Shown: one piece after another, positions 20,721 through 30,545 of the stretch | Layout: every line of letters starts with the position of its first letter | Position numbering within the stretch: the stretch's first letter is position 1 | Origin: Candidatus Pampinifervens sinense | GTDB lineage: Bacteria; Aquificota; Aquificia; Aquificales; Aquificaceae | Assembly (NCBI GenBank): GCA_037927135.1 | Contig: JAXSPP010000006.1 | Coordinates: 1-64,000, forward strand | Length of the DNA stretch: 64,000 nucleotides | Direction of reading: 5' to 3' | Position numbers and translations under genes: made by a program | The notes under the pieces: model-generated | What the model saw: the letters and a program-made list of their open reading frames with translations, nothing else | Databases searched by the model: none | Told to the model about the DNA's origin: nothing

Positions 20721-21632
20721 ATGGACATACATCTCATAAAGTCAGAAATAGGAAAGGTGCTAAGAGGGAAAGAAGAGGTAATACATTATGCCCTTGTATG
20801 TTTTCTATCTGGTGGACATCTGCTTCTTGAAGATATACCTGGGGTAGGCAAAACAACCCTAGCCCTCTCTATGGCAAAGGTTCTGGGATTATCCTTTGCA
20901 AGGATACAGTTTACAAGTGATCTGCTCCCTTCAGACATAATAGGAGTGAGTGTCTACGATCAATCAAAAAAAGCTTTTGTTTTTAAAAAGGGACCTATTT
21001 TTAGCAATCTTATATTGGCCGATGAGATAAATAGAGCAACTCCAAAAACACAAAGCGCCCTTTTGGAAGCTATGGCTGAGGGCAAAGTATCCGTAGATGG
21101 TATTACCTATGAACTTCCTAAACCATTTTTCATAATAGCTACACAGAATCCTATTGAACAATACGGAACTTACCCATTACCCGAATCTCAATTGGATAGA
21201 TTTAGTATGAGGTTAAGCCTAAGTTATCCAGATGAAGAAACGGAAATGCAGATTTTGAGAGGTGAAAACCCGCTGGAGAAGGTTGAAAAGCTAAAGCCTG
21301 TAGTAAACCCACAGGACATACTTTTTACCATGGATGCGATAAAAAGGTTTTATGTATCACCGGACGTGGCTAGGCTTGTTGTAGCCATAGGCCAAGCCAC
21401 AAGACATCATCCAAAGATCCTTCTTGGTGCATCCACAAGGGCCCTCATCCACCTTGTCAACTGTGCAAAGGCCTTGGCGTACACAAGGGATAGGGATTTT
21501 GTAGTTCCAGAGGATGTTTTAGAATTGGCTCCACTGTGTTTGTCCCACAGGATCATTTCAAGAGAAGGGGAAGCTACATCCTCAATCATAAATCAGATTG
21601 TAGAGGATATTAAGTCATCGATCAGGTTTTAA
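20721..21632 (+). CDS. MoxR-family AAA+ ATPase
   Basis: LLEDIPGVGKT, RIQFTSDLLPSD, LADEINRA, ATQNPIE, LPESQLDRF. Confidence 0.94.
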   Translation: MDIHLIKSEIGKVLRGKEEVIHYALVCFLSGGHLLLEDIPGVGKTTLALSMAKVLGLSFARIQFTSDLLPSDIIGVSVYDQSKKAFVFKKGPIFSNLILADEINRATPKTQSALLEAMAEGKVSVDGITYELPKPFFIIATQNPIEQYGTYPLPESQLDRFSMRLSLSYPDEETEMQILRGENPLEKVEKLKPVVNPQDILFTMDAIKRFYVSPDVARLVVAIGQATRHHPKILLGASTRALIHLVNCAKALAYTRDRDFVVPEDVLELAPLCLSHRIISREGEATSSIINQIVEDIKSSIRF

Positions 21633-21693
21633 CACTTTTTTCATAAATTTGAAATAAAATATTGCCTATGAAGTCTTAGCAGGAGGTGGAGCG

Positions 21694-22350
21694 ATGAAGA
21701 AAATGGCCTTTGCGCTAATGGTGCTATCAGGCTTAGCCTTAGCTCAAGAGCAAAAGCCTCTTGATCCATGTGGTAGCCCAAAGGAAGTATATACAAAGTA
21801 TCTTCTGGACAAGTGCTACAAAGGCTACTTTGATGCTATAGTGGAGAGCAAAAAGGCTGCAGAGGAAGCCAGCAAAAAGGTAAAAGATCTTGAGGGTAGG
21901 GTTCAAAAGCTTGAAGGTATAACAAATGATCATGAAAGAAGGATAAAAGCTCTTGAGGAAAGGCAAGCGCAGGTGCCCGCACCAGCTCCTAAAAGAGAGG
22001 AAGGTGTAGGCCCTTACAAGTGGCAGTTGGAAGAGGTTGGCACAGTTTATTTTGACTTTAATAAGTTCAACATAAAGCCTTCAGAGGCCAAAAAGTTGGA
22101 TGAGGTGGCAGAAAGGCTAAAGGGTGAAACAAGGGAGGTATTGGTAGTAGGTTTTGCGGATACAAGGGGTCCAAGTAGGTATAACTTTAACCTCTCCATG
22201 TGGAGAGCTCAAATGGTGGCCAGCTATTTGGCAAAGAAAGGTGTGGATATAGGAAGGATAAAGATGGCTGCTTATGGTAAAGAAGTAGCAAAGCTGTTGG
22301 GTAAGAAGTATGCAGAGCAGAGGGCTGTTAAGATCTACATAGTTAAATAA
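21694..22350 (+). CDS. Exported OmpA-domain peptidoglycan-binding protein
   Basis: Signal peptide, coiled coil, VYFDFNK, GFADTRG..YNFNLSMWRA. Confidence 0.88.
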   Translation: MKKMAFALMVLSGLALAQEQKPLDPCGSPKEVYTKYLLDKCYKGYFDAIVESKKAAEEASKKVKDLEGRVQKLEGITNDHERRIKALEERQAQVPAPAPKREEGVGPYKWQLEEVGTVYFDFNKFNIKPSEAKKLDEVAERLKGETREVLVVGFADTRGPSRYNFNLSMWRAQMVASYLAKKGVDIGRIKMAAYGKEVAKLLGKKYAEQRAVKIYIVK

Positions 22351-23456
22351 TCCCTTATCCTTCTGGCACCCTCTAGGAGGGTGCCCCCATCCTTTGCAAA
22401 CGACAGCCTTATATATTTGTCCGTGTTATTTTGGCCAAAATCTATGCCTGGCACCACAGCTACCTTGGCCTCTTTCAACAGCTTAAAAGAGAGTTCAAGA
22501 CTGTTCATACCATACTGACTTATATCCATCCATACATAAAAGGCTCCTTCTGGGTAAACTTCTACTCTTCCCACTCCCTCTAGCTCCTTTATCAGAAGAT
22601 CCCTTCTCCTCTTATAAGTTTCTCTAACGTAATTTAAGTACTCATAGTCAAAGGCTTCAAGTGCGGCGTATTGACTTATGGTAGGTGCGGAGATAAAAAG
22701 GTTTTGCGCTATTATCTCAGCCTTTCTCACAAGATCTTCTTTGGGAAGAATTACCCAGCCAAGCCTAAAGCCTGGCATACAGAAGGCCTTTGAAAAACCG
22801 TTTATCACTATAGCATTTTGAGAAAACTCTAAAACAGTCCTTTCCTTTTTATCATACACAAGGCCATGGTAGATTTCATCGGAGATAAGATAAATACCCT
22901 TCTCTTCACAAAAATGGCAAAGCTCTCTTAATACATCTTCATGGTATAGCGTTCCTGTAGGATTGGATGGGGAAGAAATGTGCACCGCTTTAATACCTTT
23001 CATGTCCATAATATGATCCACTCTTATCTGATAATTTGTGCTAGCATCCACAGGGATCATAAGAGGTTCTATGTTTAAAATGTGGGCAAAGTTTTTATAG
23101 CAGGGATAGGAAGGGTCAGAAAGTGCAATCCTTTCTCCAGGTTCTAGAAGCATGGCGTACACAATAAGAAAGGCGGAGGAAGTACCCGTAGTTATAACAA
23201 TCCTTGAGGGAGACACTTCCACACCGTAATAGTCGTAGTAATGTTTAGCTATTTTCTCCCTTAACTCCCAAAGCCCAAGGGTAGGCGTATAGGAAAACTT
23301 TCCCTCCTTTACAGCCCTCTCTAGCGCTTCAATAACTTTGGGCGATGGTGGAAGGTCTGGTTCACCTATCTCCATATGCACTACATCATCAAGGCCCTGT
23401 GCTTCCTTCAGAATATCCATTACGAGAAAGGGGCTTATTCTATCAAGCCTTCCCAT
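22335..23456 (-). CDS. PLP-dependent aminotransferase class I/II
   Basis: IGEPD, SPSNPTG, SDEIYHGL, NGFSKAFCMPGFRLGW. Confidence 0.93.
   Translation of the reverse strand: MGRLDRISPFLVMDILKEAQGLDDVVHMEIGEPDLPPSPKVIEALERAVKEGKFSYTPTLGLWELREKIAKHYYDYYGVEVSPSRIVITTGTSSAFLIVYAMLLEPGERIALSDPSYPCYKNFAHILNIEPLMIPVDASTNYQIRVDHIMDMKGIKAVHISSPSNPTGTLYHEDVLRELCHFCEEKGIYLISDEIYHGLVYDKKERTVLEFSQNAIVINGFSKAFCMPGFRLGWVILPKEDLVRKAEIIAQNLFISAPTISQYAALEAFDYEYLNYVRETYKRRRDLLIKELEGVGRVEVYPEGAFYVWMDISQYGMNSLELSFKLLKEAKVAVVPGIDFGQNNTDKYIRLSFAKDGGTLLEGARRIRDYLTM
22365..22385 (+). terminator. Possible terminator/stabilising hairpin downstream of the ompA-like gene
   Basis: 9-bp inverted repeat GGCACCCTC-TAG-GAGGGTGCC 15 nt after the ompA stop, inside the convergent gene; no clean U tract. 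Confidence 0.3.
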
Positions 23457-23709
23457 CCTTTAAGTTCTCCAACATGAATTTGGCTATACCTATGCCACCA
23501 GCTTCTGCCATCTTTTTGCTTATGGCCTCAAGAAAGCTATCATAATAAAGCCTTGTTTCAAAAGACTTATTCTGAAGCATGGGCCTAAAGGCTTCCTTTA
23601 ACAGTTCTTTGATAAGAATAGCCTCAAACTCTTTGGCCACCTTCCTCTTATCCCTTTTTATAACATCTTGATAGCTAAAGCTTGGCGAAAGATGAATTAC
23701 TCCTTCCAT
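23443..23709 (-). CDS. Stand-alone rod-binding (FlgJ N-terminal-like) protein
   Basis: VAKEFEAILIKELLK and GGIGIAKFM motifs of the rod-binding domain. Confidence 0.75.
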   Translation of the reverse strand: MEGVIHLSPSFSYQDVIKRDKRKVAKEFEAILIKELLKEAFRPMLQNKSFETRLYYDSFLEAISKKMAEAGGIGIAKFMLENLKDGKA

Positions 23710-23725
23710 TGGTTAAAATTATAGC

Positions 23726-26329
23726 ATGCTTTATATCTTTATCCTTCTTGTCCCCCTCATAGCATGGGCACAGGTGCAGATCCTATCCAACTTTCCTTTG
23801 AGAAGGAACAACCTTGAAAAGGTTATAACACCTAAAAACTACAAGGAGATGGTGGAGATAATAAAGTCTATAGATGACGTGAAGGATGTCTATGTGATGG
23901 AAGAGGAGGACAAGGTGATAATCTACGTAGAAAGGTTTCCTATTGTAAGGAAGATAAGGATAGTGGGTAATAGAGCTGTCTCCCAAGAGGAGATCCTTTC
24001 ATACCTTGGAATGTATGAAGGTATGCCTTTAAAAAATGTAGAGCTTAGCGAGCCTGAGTTAAAGGATAGAGTAGAAAGGTTTTATATGGATAGAGGGTTT
24101 CTGGATGCAAAGATAGGTGTAACTATGGAGAGTGATGAGGAAGGCTATGTATACCTCTACATAGGAATTGATGAAGGGCCCGTATACTTTACAGAGGGTG
24201 GCGTATATAAAGGTTCAAGCTTTGAAAGTTCTCTGTTAGATTTGCAAATAGGTTTGGTAAAGGGTAGGGTATTTAAAGAAAGCCTGTTTAGAGAAAGTAT
24301 TTTCTTGCTTCAAGACTTTTATGTAAAGGAGGGTTATTGGGATAGTTTTGTATACTATGAAGGGGTTGAAAAGATTAAATTGAACAGACCCTTTTACTGG
24401 GTTCTTTTTCCAAGGGACAAGGCCGTATCGCAAAACCCTTTAAGATGGCTTGGGTTCCTTTCGGAAGGCATATCAAACCTTTTTAGCCATCCTATAGGCA
24501 CTTTTAAGGCTTTAATAGGTATGGGTAATGTGGCAAGGCCTGTTTTCCAAGTTATTGAAGGTAAAAAGTATGAGGTTGTTTTTCAAGGGATAAGCTTTTT
24601 TACCGAAAGGGAGCTTATGGAAATAAGCCATCTTAAGGAGAAGGGAGCAGACCCTTTCTCATTGGAAGAGGCTAAGAAGAATATAGTTGATGCATACCAT
24701 AGAAAGGGTTTCTTTGATGTAAAGGTGGATTACAAAAGGGAAGGTGAAAACAGGATAGTTTTCATAGTAGATGAAGGGCAAAGGTATAGGGTTTTGGGGG
24801 AGGATATGGATGGTGAGTTTTATGATGAGGAGAGGTTTGAGGAAATGTTGAAAGAGAAGCTAGAAAGACTTTTTAAAGAGGGCTATACTTTGGCGGAAGG
24901 TAGTATAGATAAGGATATATCAAGGGATGAGAAGGTGGTGAAGGTGAGGTTGAATATAAGGGCTGGAAAGAGGCAGGTTCTTAAGGATCTTATATACGAA
25001 GGGGAAAATAGAGAAATTAAGAAGATATTTTCCAAGTATAGGGAGAAGCTTCCAACCATCTTTGATTCGCGCCTTATTGAAGCATTAAACTTGGATATAC
25101 AGAGGTACTTTCTTCAAAGAGGTTATATGGAAGGGGACTTTGAAACAAATGTGAAGGTTGAGGAAGACGAAGGAAACATTTATTACACCTATATCTACAC
25201 TGTAAAGGAAGGGCCTGTATACAGGTTGGGAGAGACTGTATACTACGGATACGATAAAACTACTTCTAGAGAGCTTTCATACATGACGGAGAAAGGGGTA
25301 AGCTACTCTGAAGACCTAAACGATAGAACGATAAATAATATGCTAAACAGTGGTATATTTACTGGCGTGCGCATAGATACCTTTGTAGATAGGGATAAAA
25401 AGGTTGTGCACAGGTTGATACAGCTTTCCGAGGATAAAAGAGGGTTGCTGGATATATCCTTGGGCTACAACACAGAGGAAAAGCTTTCTTTAGACCTTTT
25501 CCTCGGTATGAAAAACCTTTTTGGCGTAGGCTTGTCTGCAGGCATAAAGTATAGAAAGACTGGTAAGAGGGAATTATACGATATTGGCCTTGAGGATAGA
25601 TTTCTCTTCTCAAGTAGATATTGGTTTAGGACGGACGTATTCAAGAACTATGAAGAACATAAAAGCTACAGCTTGGACTCTAAAGGTGTAAATCTTCAGC
25701 TAGGTTATAGGATAGGTTCACACACTTCTGTGGGTCCTATATTGAGCCTTTTGCACAATAAGGTTGATGGTCAGTTTATCAATGTTAAAAAGTATGGTCT
25801 ATTCCTGCTAAGAGAGTTCAAGGATGATGTGTTTTCTCCAAATAGAATCCATTACAATAGCATAAATATTAGTGTGGCAAATGGTGATACCAGATATACC
25901 AAGCTTGATATATCAACCTTTTATATGATACCTATCGTAAGGGATGTTAAGCTAAGCTTTAAGGTGGCTGGAGGTGTGGTAGAAGGTGGAGCACCTATCT
26001 TTGAGAGGTTCTTCCTTGGAGGTTTTAAAGATCTGAGAGGCTATTCCTTTGAGGAGATAGGACAGCCCAATGGCGGTAAATATTACGCTTTTGGTAGGAT
26101 GGAACTTCTCTTTCCTTTGAAGGGTTCCCTTATAGGTGTGGTCTTTGGCGATGTGGGAAAGGTGGGCCAAAGGATGAAGGAAGTGTTTAAAGGCCTTAAA
26201 GGTGATATGGGCTTTGCAACAGGCTTTAACACACCTATAGGGCCTGTAAGGTTGGATTTGGCCTTTCCTTTGGAACATGGATGGCATAAAAAGTATAAAC
26301 TTTACCTGTCCGTGGGATACTATTACTGA
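23726..26329 (+). CDS. Omp85-family outer membrane protein (BamA/TamA-like, multiple POTRA domains)
   Basis: Signal peptide, POTRA repeats (YxxxGFLDA/YxxxGYW), RFFLGG..LRGY, TPIGPVRLDLA, aromatic C-terminus. Confidence 0.9.
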   Translation: MLYIFILLVPLIAWAQVQILSNFPLRRNNLEKVITPKNYKEMVEIIKSIDDVKDVYVMEEEDKVIIYVERFPIVRKIRIVGNRAVSQEEILSYLGMYEGMPLKNVELSEPELKDRVERFYMDRGFLDAKIGVTMESDEEGYVYLYIGIDEGPVYFTEGGVYKGSSFESSLLDLQIGLVKGRVFKESLFRESIFLLQDFYVKEGYWDSFVYYEGVEKIKLNRPFYWVLFPRDKAVSQNPLRWLGFLSEGISNLFSHPIGTFKALIGMGNVARPVFQVIEGKKYEVVFQGISFFTERELMEISHLKEKGADPFSLEEAKKNIVDAYHRKGFFDVKVDYKREGENRIVFIVDEGQRYRVLGEDMDGEFYDEERFEEMLKEKLERLFKEGYTLAEGSIDKDISRDEKVVKVRLNIRAGKRQVLKDLIYEGENREIKKIFSKYREKLPTIFDSRLIEALNLDIQRYFLQRGYMEGDFETNVKVEEDEGNIYYTYIYTVKEGPVYRLGETVYYGYDKTTSRELSYMTEKGVSYSEDLNDRTINNMLNSGIFTGVRIDTFVDRDKKVVHRLIQLSEDKRGLLDISLGYNTEEKLSLDLFLGMKNLFGVGLSAGIKYRKTGKRELYDIGLEDRFLFSSRYWFRTDVFKNYEEHKSYSLDSKGVNLQLGYRIGSHTSVGPILSLLHNKVDGQFINVKKYGLFLLREFKDDVFSPNRIHYNSINISVANGDTRYTKLDISTFYMIPIVRDVKLSFKVAGGVVEGGAPIFERFFLGGFKDLRGYSFEEIGQPNGGKYYAFGRMELLFPLKGSLIGVVFGDVGKVGQRMKEVFKGLKGDMGFATGFNTPIGPVRLDLAFPLEHGWHKKYKLYLSVGYYY

Positions 26330-26472
26330 TTTCTATGAAGCCTCTTTTCTATCTTTTCCTTATACTCGTCAATCTTTTCCTTTCTATGCTTTGGATTGCT
26401 AAAGTAGAGAAGGCTGAGTGTAAAGGACAGAAGAGCCAACAGTATAAGTATTAGAAGATATACGTTTTTCAT
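26323..26472 (-). CDS. Small single-TM protein, 49 aa (below the ORF-track cutoff)
   Basis: MKNVYLLILILLALLSFTLSLLYFSNPKHRKEKIDEYKEKIEKRLHRNQ*; fills the gap between the Omp85 gene and coxA. Confidence 0.55.
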   Translation of the reverse strand: MKNVYLLILILLALLSFTLSLLYFSNPKHRKEKIDEYKEKIEKRLHRNQ

Positions 26473-26478
26473 GGTGTT

Positions 26479-26499
26479 AAAAAGGGGCCAAAAGGCCCC
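26479..26499 (-). terminator. Intrinsic terminator of the cox operon
   Basis: Minus strand GGGGCC-TTTT-GGCCCC followed by TTTTT, 7 nt after the coxA stop. Confidence 0.7.
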
Positions 26500-26506
26500 A
26501 TGTATT

Positions 26507-28123
26507 TTATTTTTTGTGATGCTTCTCTAGCCATTCGTAGTTGTATGGATCCCAGTCTTCTGGCATGTGAGGTATCTTGTCAAAGTTGTGGGGAGGTGGT
26601 GGTGAAGGTATGAGCCATTCCAAAGAGGGTGATTGCCATGGGTTGTCCTCTGCCTTTTTGCCAAGCTTGGTAGAAAGGATGAGGTTAAGAAGGGTTATAA
26701 GGACACCAAAGGCTAGTATGAAGGCACCTATGGTTTGAAGTTCGTGAAGCCTTATCCAGCTATCTATAGGAGGATAGTCTGCATACCTCCTTGGCATACC
26801 TTCCAAACCTATAACAAACTGCAGGAAGTAGAATAGGTTGGATCCTATCATTATGAACACAAGGCCTACCTTTGCCCAAAATTCACTGTACATCCTTCCT
26901 GTAAGCTTAGGATACCAATAGTGGAAGCCACCGAACACGGCCAAGGTAAGGGCCATTCCAAGCACGTAGTGGAAGTGGGCCACTACAAAGTGAGAGTCGT
27001 GTACGGCTATATCAAAGGCTGGAAGGCCTAGAGGTATGCCTGTGAGACCACCTATGAGGAACATGAAGATGGCTGAAAGTGTGTAAAGCATAGGAGCGGT
27101 AAATCTAATGGAGCCTTTATAAAGGGTGAATATCCAGTTAAATATCTTTATACCCGTTGGAACACCTATAAGGACAGTAGTATATGAGAAGATGATCCTT
27201 ACCCAGTCTGGCACACCGCTGGTGAACATGTGGTGTACCCATACCATAAAGCCCAATATGGCTATGCCCCATATGGCAAGGATCATAGATGTTCTTCCAA
27301 AGATCTCTCTCCTTGAGAAGGTGGCTACCATCTCAGATATTAGACCAAAGGCTGGTAGGATCATAACATAAACAACTGGGTGAGAATAGAACCAGAAGAG
27401 GTTCTGATAGAGAAGAGGGTCTCCACCCCTTGTGGGATCAAAGAAAGCAGTGTGGAAATACTTATCCATAAGAAGCATGGTGACTGCACCAGCAAGGGCT
27501 GGAACACCGAGTATCTGTATCACGTTCATAGCCAAGAAGGCATGCAAGAAGAGGTTCATTTTCTTGAGCGTGACTCCCGGTGCCCTCATGGTGAGGTTTG
27601 TCACCACGAGGTTTATGGCGCTTGCGAGAGAGGAGGCACCAAGGAGGTGTATTATCAAAGCGTAGAAGGCTACAGGACCAGCATTTTCATTAAGGGAGTA
27701 TGGAGGATATCCTGTCCACATCATCCTTATATGGTTGCCAGGAAGTAGGGTAATCAGGGCAAGCACGCTTGCGGCAAAGAAAAGCCAGTAGCTAAGGGCG
27801 TTTAGCCTTGGAAAGGCCACATCCCTTGCACCTATCATAAGGGGCAAAAGGTAGTTTCCAAAAGAACCCCATATGCCAACGGCCCACCAAAACTGCATCA
27901 AAACACCGTGAATGGTTAGAGCTTGGTTGTAGGCGTCTTCAGACATGTATTGAAGGCCAGGCTGGAACAGTTCCAACCTTATGGCAAGGGCGGAGAGACC
28001 TGCTATAAGGAAGAAGATGAGACTTGTGACTCCATACATTATGCCTATCTTTTTGTGGTCCGTGGTAAAGATCCACTCCTTTAGGCCTGCGCTAAAGTAC
28101 GGCCTATAGCCTACAGCCGCCAT
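26507..28123 (-). CDS. coxA: Cytochrome c oxidase subunit I (type A2)
   Basis: TTDHKKIG, AFPRLN, WFYSHPVVY (YS motif of A2 type), WVHHMF, VAHFHY, GMPRRY. Confidence 0.96.
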   Translation of the reverse strand: MAAVGYRPYFSAGLKEWIFTTDHKKIGIMYGVTSLIFFLIAGLSALAIRLELFQPGLQYMSEDAYNQALTIHGVLMQFWWAVGIWGSFGNYLLPLMIGARDVAFPRLNALSYWLFFAASVLALITLLPGNHIRMMWTGYPPYSLNENAGPVAFYALIIHLLGASSLASAINLVVTNLTMRAPGVTLKKMNLFLHAFLAMNVIQILGVPALAGAVTMLLMDKYFHTAFFDPTRGGDPLLYQNLFWFYSHPVVYVMILPAFGLISEMVATFSRREIFGRTSMILAIWGIAILGFMVWVHHMFTSGVPDWVRIIFSYTTVLIGVPTGIKIFNWIFTLYKGSIRFTAPMLYTLSAIFMFLIGGLTGIPLGLPAFDIAVHDSHFVVAHFHYVLGMALTLAVFGGFHYWYPKLTGRMYSEFWAKVGLVFIMIGSNLFYFLQFVIGLEGMPRRYADYPPIDSWIRLHELQTIGAFILAFGVLITLLNLILSTKLGKKAEDNPWQSPSLEWLIPSPPPPHNFDKIPHMPEDWDPYNYEWLEKHHKK

Positions 28124-28138
28124 GGTGGTGCACCTCCT

Positions 28139-28855
28139 TTAAAGGTTTTGTTTATCAGAATTTTGGCTTGTTTGCATGCCTTGGTTTAGCCACTTTTCAA
28201 ACTCTTCCTTTGGCACAACCTTCAAAACGGCAGCCATTCTAGAATGCTGTGTTCCGCAGTATTCTCTGCAGAAGACCCAGTACTCACCCGGTTTGTTGAT
28301 CTGGAACCAGAGGTGTGTTATCCTGCCTGGCACAGCATCTTCCATTACCTTTGCTGGATGCACATAGAAGGCGTGTATAACGTCCCTTGAGGTGAGAAGA
28401 ACCTTTATAGGCGTTTCTGCAGGAATATAAGCCTTGAACATATCGCTTACTTCTTCAGGTTTGAGGTATGCATTTGTCTCTGGATTGATTACGCTGTTGA
28501 AGAAGGAATAAACCTTCTTGCCGTTTGGATATTCAAACTCCCAGCCCCACATAAAGGCTGTTACCTTAATCTCCAAAGCATTTTCTGGTGCGTTCCTTTG
28601 AACCCTATAGAAGGCAAAGCTTTGTGTTGCAAGGTAGATAACTATGATCGTTGGAATTATGGTCCAGAGCACTTCAAGGGCTTTGCTTTCCCGCACATGC
28701 TGAGCCTTTTCATTCACACCCTTTTTGTAGCGGTATTTGAACAAGAAGTAAGCACCGGGTATGAAGACTACCAGGTAGATGACGACTGCTATAAACAGCC
28801 ATATTTCATACATAGTCTGCCAATAGTTGGCTGGATAGGCCAGCACTTCTTTCAT
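28139..28855 (-). CDS. coxB: Cytochrome c oxidase subunit II
   Basis: LEVLWTIIP, WGWEFEY, DVIHAF, CuA motif CREYCGTQHSRM. Confidence 0.95.
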   Translation of the reverse strand: MKEVLAYPANYWQTMYEIWLFIAVVIYLVVFIPGAYFLFKYRYKKGVNEKAQHVRESKALEVLWTIIPTIIVIYLATQSFAFYRVQRNAPENALEIKVTAFMWGWEFEYPNGKKVYSFFNSVINPETNAYLKPEEVSDMFKAYIPAETPIKVLLTSRDVIHAFYVHPAKVMEDAVPGRITHLWFQINKPGEYWVFCREYCGTQHSRMAAVLKVVPKEEFEKWLNQGMQTSQNSDKQNL

Positions 28856-29649
28856 TGGTGCACCTCCTTTTTATGTCTACTATAAATGTATGCTATAGAT
28901 AGGGTTGAAAATAGACCAAGTAGGCCAAGGCCACCGAAGATTACCATGGGGTCTATTATGTACCTGCTACGGTTATGGTCATACCTGTAGCAGGCAAGTA
29001 TGGCAAGATCCACAAGGTTGTTTATTGAAGGTTTTTCCCTTTGAGCATCTATGAAGGCAAGCTTTACATCCTTATCTCTCAAGAAGGAACCATAGAGGTA
29101 TCTCATAACCTTGCCTTCTGGCGACAAAAAGATGGTTGCGTTAGGGTGGATAAATATTTTGTCTCTGTCTATGTAATAGAACTTGTAGCCTACCGATTGG
29201 GTAATCCTCCTTATGTCTTCTTTGGACAGCAACCCTACAAGCCAGTTTTCTGGCAAGTCTGTGGTGCCAAAGTTCTTTAGCATAAAGTTTTTCATCGTTT
29301 CAAGGTTATCCCTTTCATCAAAGGACAGGATCACATACCTGTAATCCTTAGATAAGCTTTTTGACACCTTGTAAAGGTTTTGTGCCGTTATGGGACAGGC
29401 AGTGTTGCAAGTATAGTAGGCAAATAATAGGGCTGTGGGTTTATTGGATATAAACTCCTTTAAACTTACTTCACCCTTTAGGGTTCTCACCTTTACGTTG
29501 GCTATCTCTTTCCCTATGTATAGGTCCTCTTGTATTTTTACCACGCTTAGATCCTGTTCACCGTAATAGCTTGTATACCTGCCATACTCATAAGGTTCCC
29601 TAGCCATGGCTACTAAGAAGAAGCTTAAAACAAGGAAAAAGGATCTCAT
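28852..29649 (-). CDS. SCO1/SenC-family copper chaperone
   Basis: YYTCNTACP CxxxC motif, conserved His in FIHPN, C-terminal TM helix. Confidence 0.88.
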   Translation of the reverse strand: MRSFFLVLSFFLVAMAREPYEYGRYTSYYGEQDLSVVKIQEDLYIGKEIANVKVRTLKGEVSLKEFISNKPTALLFAYYTCNTACPITAQNLYKVSKSLSKDYRYVILSFDERDNLETMKNFMLKNFGTTDLPENWLVGLLSKEDIRRITQSVGYKFYYIDRDKIFIHPNATIFLSPEGKVMRYLYGSFLRDKDVKLAFIDAQREKPSINNLVDLAILACYRYDHNRSRYIIDPMVIFGGLGLLGLFSTLSIAYIYSRHKKEVHQ

Positions 29650-30428
29650 GCCAAGCTACCTATAAGGTATGCGCTGCTTGCCACGAGAAGCCACATGATA
29701 TCTACAAAGTGCCAGTATAGTGTCATAGCCCTTATGTAAGTGTGCCCCTTGTGTTCGTTTGCCTTCCCGCTTAGCAAAAGGAATAGGGCTACAAGCATGG
29801 TAAGAAGCCCAACCAGCACGTGGGAGCTATGTATGCCGGTAAGCATATAAAAACCTGTGCCATACATGTTGGAGCTAAGTGTGAAGCCTTCGTGCCACAG
29901 ATGAATCCATTCCATAACGTGTATGACCATAAAAGCTATACCGAGGGCCATAGTAAGAAGGACAAACAAAGCGGATAGAGCATTTTTACCTTTTTCAAAA
30001 AGTTTTTCTGCTATAGCTATTGTGGCGCTGGAAGCCCAGAGGATAAAGGTAAGTATAAGAGGTATGGTAAGGTTCATACCTTTGGGAACCCACTGGTACC
30101 ACACTTCCGCATGGGTTGCCCTTGCCATATAAAAGCCTGCAAACATGGTGCCAAAGATCACCACCTCAGACACTATAAAGAACATCATGGCAGGCAAACC
30201 AAGCCCTTCTTCATGACCCTTTGAGAAAAACTCGTTGATCCACCCAGCTATGCCGACCACAAAAAGCACAAGGCTTACACCCCCAAAGATGAGGGCAAGC
30301 ATAGGCTTTTGCCATACCATTAGGGCTATAAAGGTTAGAGGGGCAAGCAACACAGCTAGTCCTACAGGCAGAGGCCAATAACTATACTCATGCTCTCCCA
30401 GATGATGGTGGTGCACCTCCTGTGCCAT
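29646..30428 (-). CDS. coxC: Cytochrome c oxidase subunit III
   Basis: FIVSEVVIF, FYMLTGIHSSHV, YWHFVDIMW. Confidence 0.93.
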   Translation of the reverse strand: MAQEVHHHHLGEHEYSYWPLPVGLAVLLAPLTFIALMVWQKPMLALIFGGVSLVLFVVGIAGWINEFFSKGHEEGLGLPAMMFFIVSEVVIFGTMFAGFYMARATHAEVWYQWVPKGMNLTIPLILTFILWASSATIAIAEKLFEKGKNALSALFVLLTMALGIAFMVIHVMEWIHLWHEGFTLSSNMYGTGFYMLTGIHSSHVLVGLLTMLVALFLLLSGKANEHKGHTYIRAMTLYWHFVDIMWLLVASSAYLIGSLA

Positions 30429-30473
30429 CCTTTTCCTCCTTAGCTTAGTTGCTAAAAGTTGTCAATACTTAAA

Positions 30474-30489
30474 TGATAAATGCTTATCA
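30474..30489. promoter_or_regulatory. Candidate regulator-binding inverted repeat upstream of the cox operon
   Basis: TGATAA-ATGC-TTATCA perfect 6-bp inverted repeat, 45 nt upstream of the coxC ATG. Confidence 0.35.
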
Positions 30490-30545
30490 AAGACCATTTC
30501 TATAAGTTATGGTAATATAGCTATAAGAAAAACTTATAATCTGTC

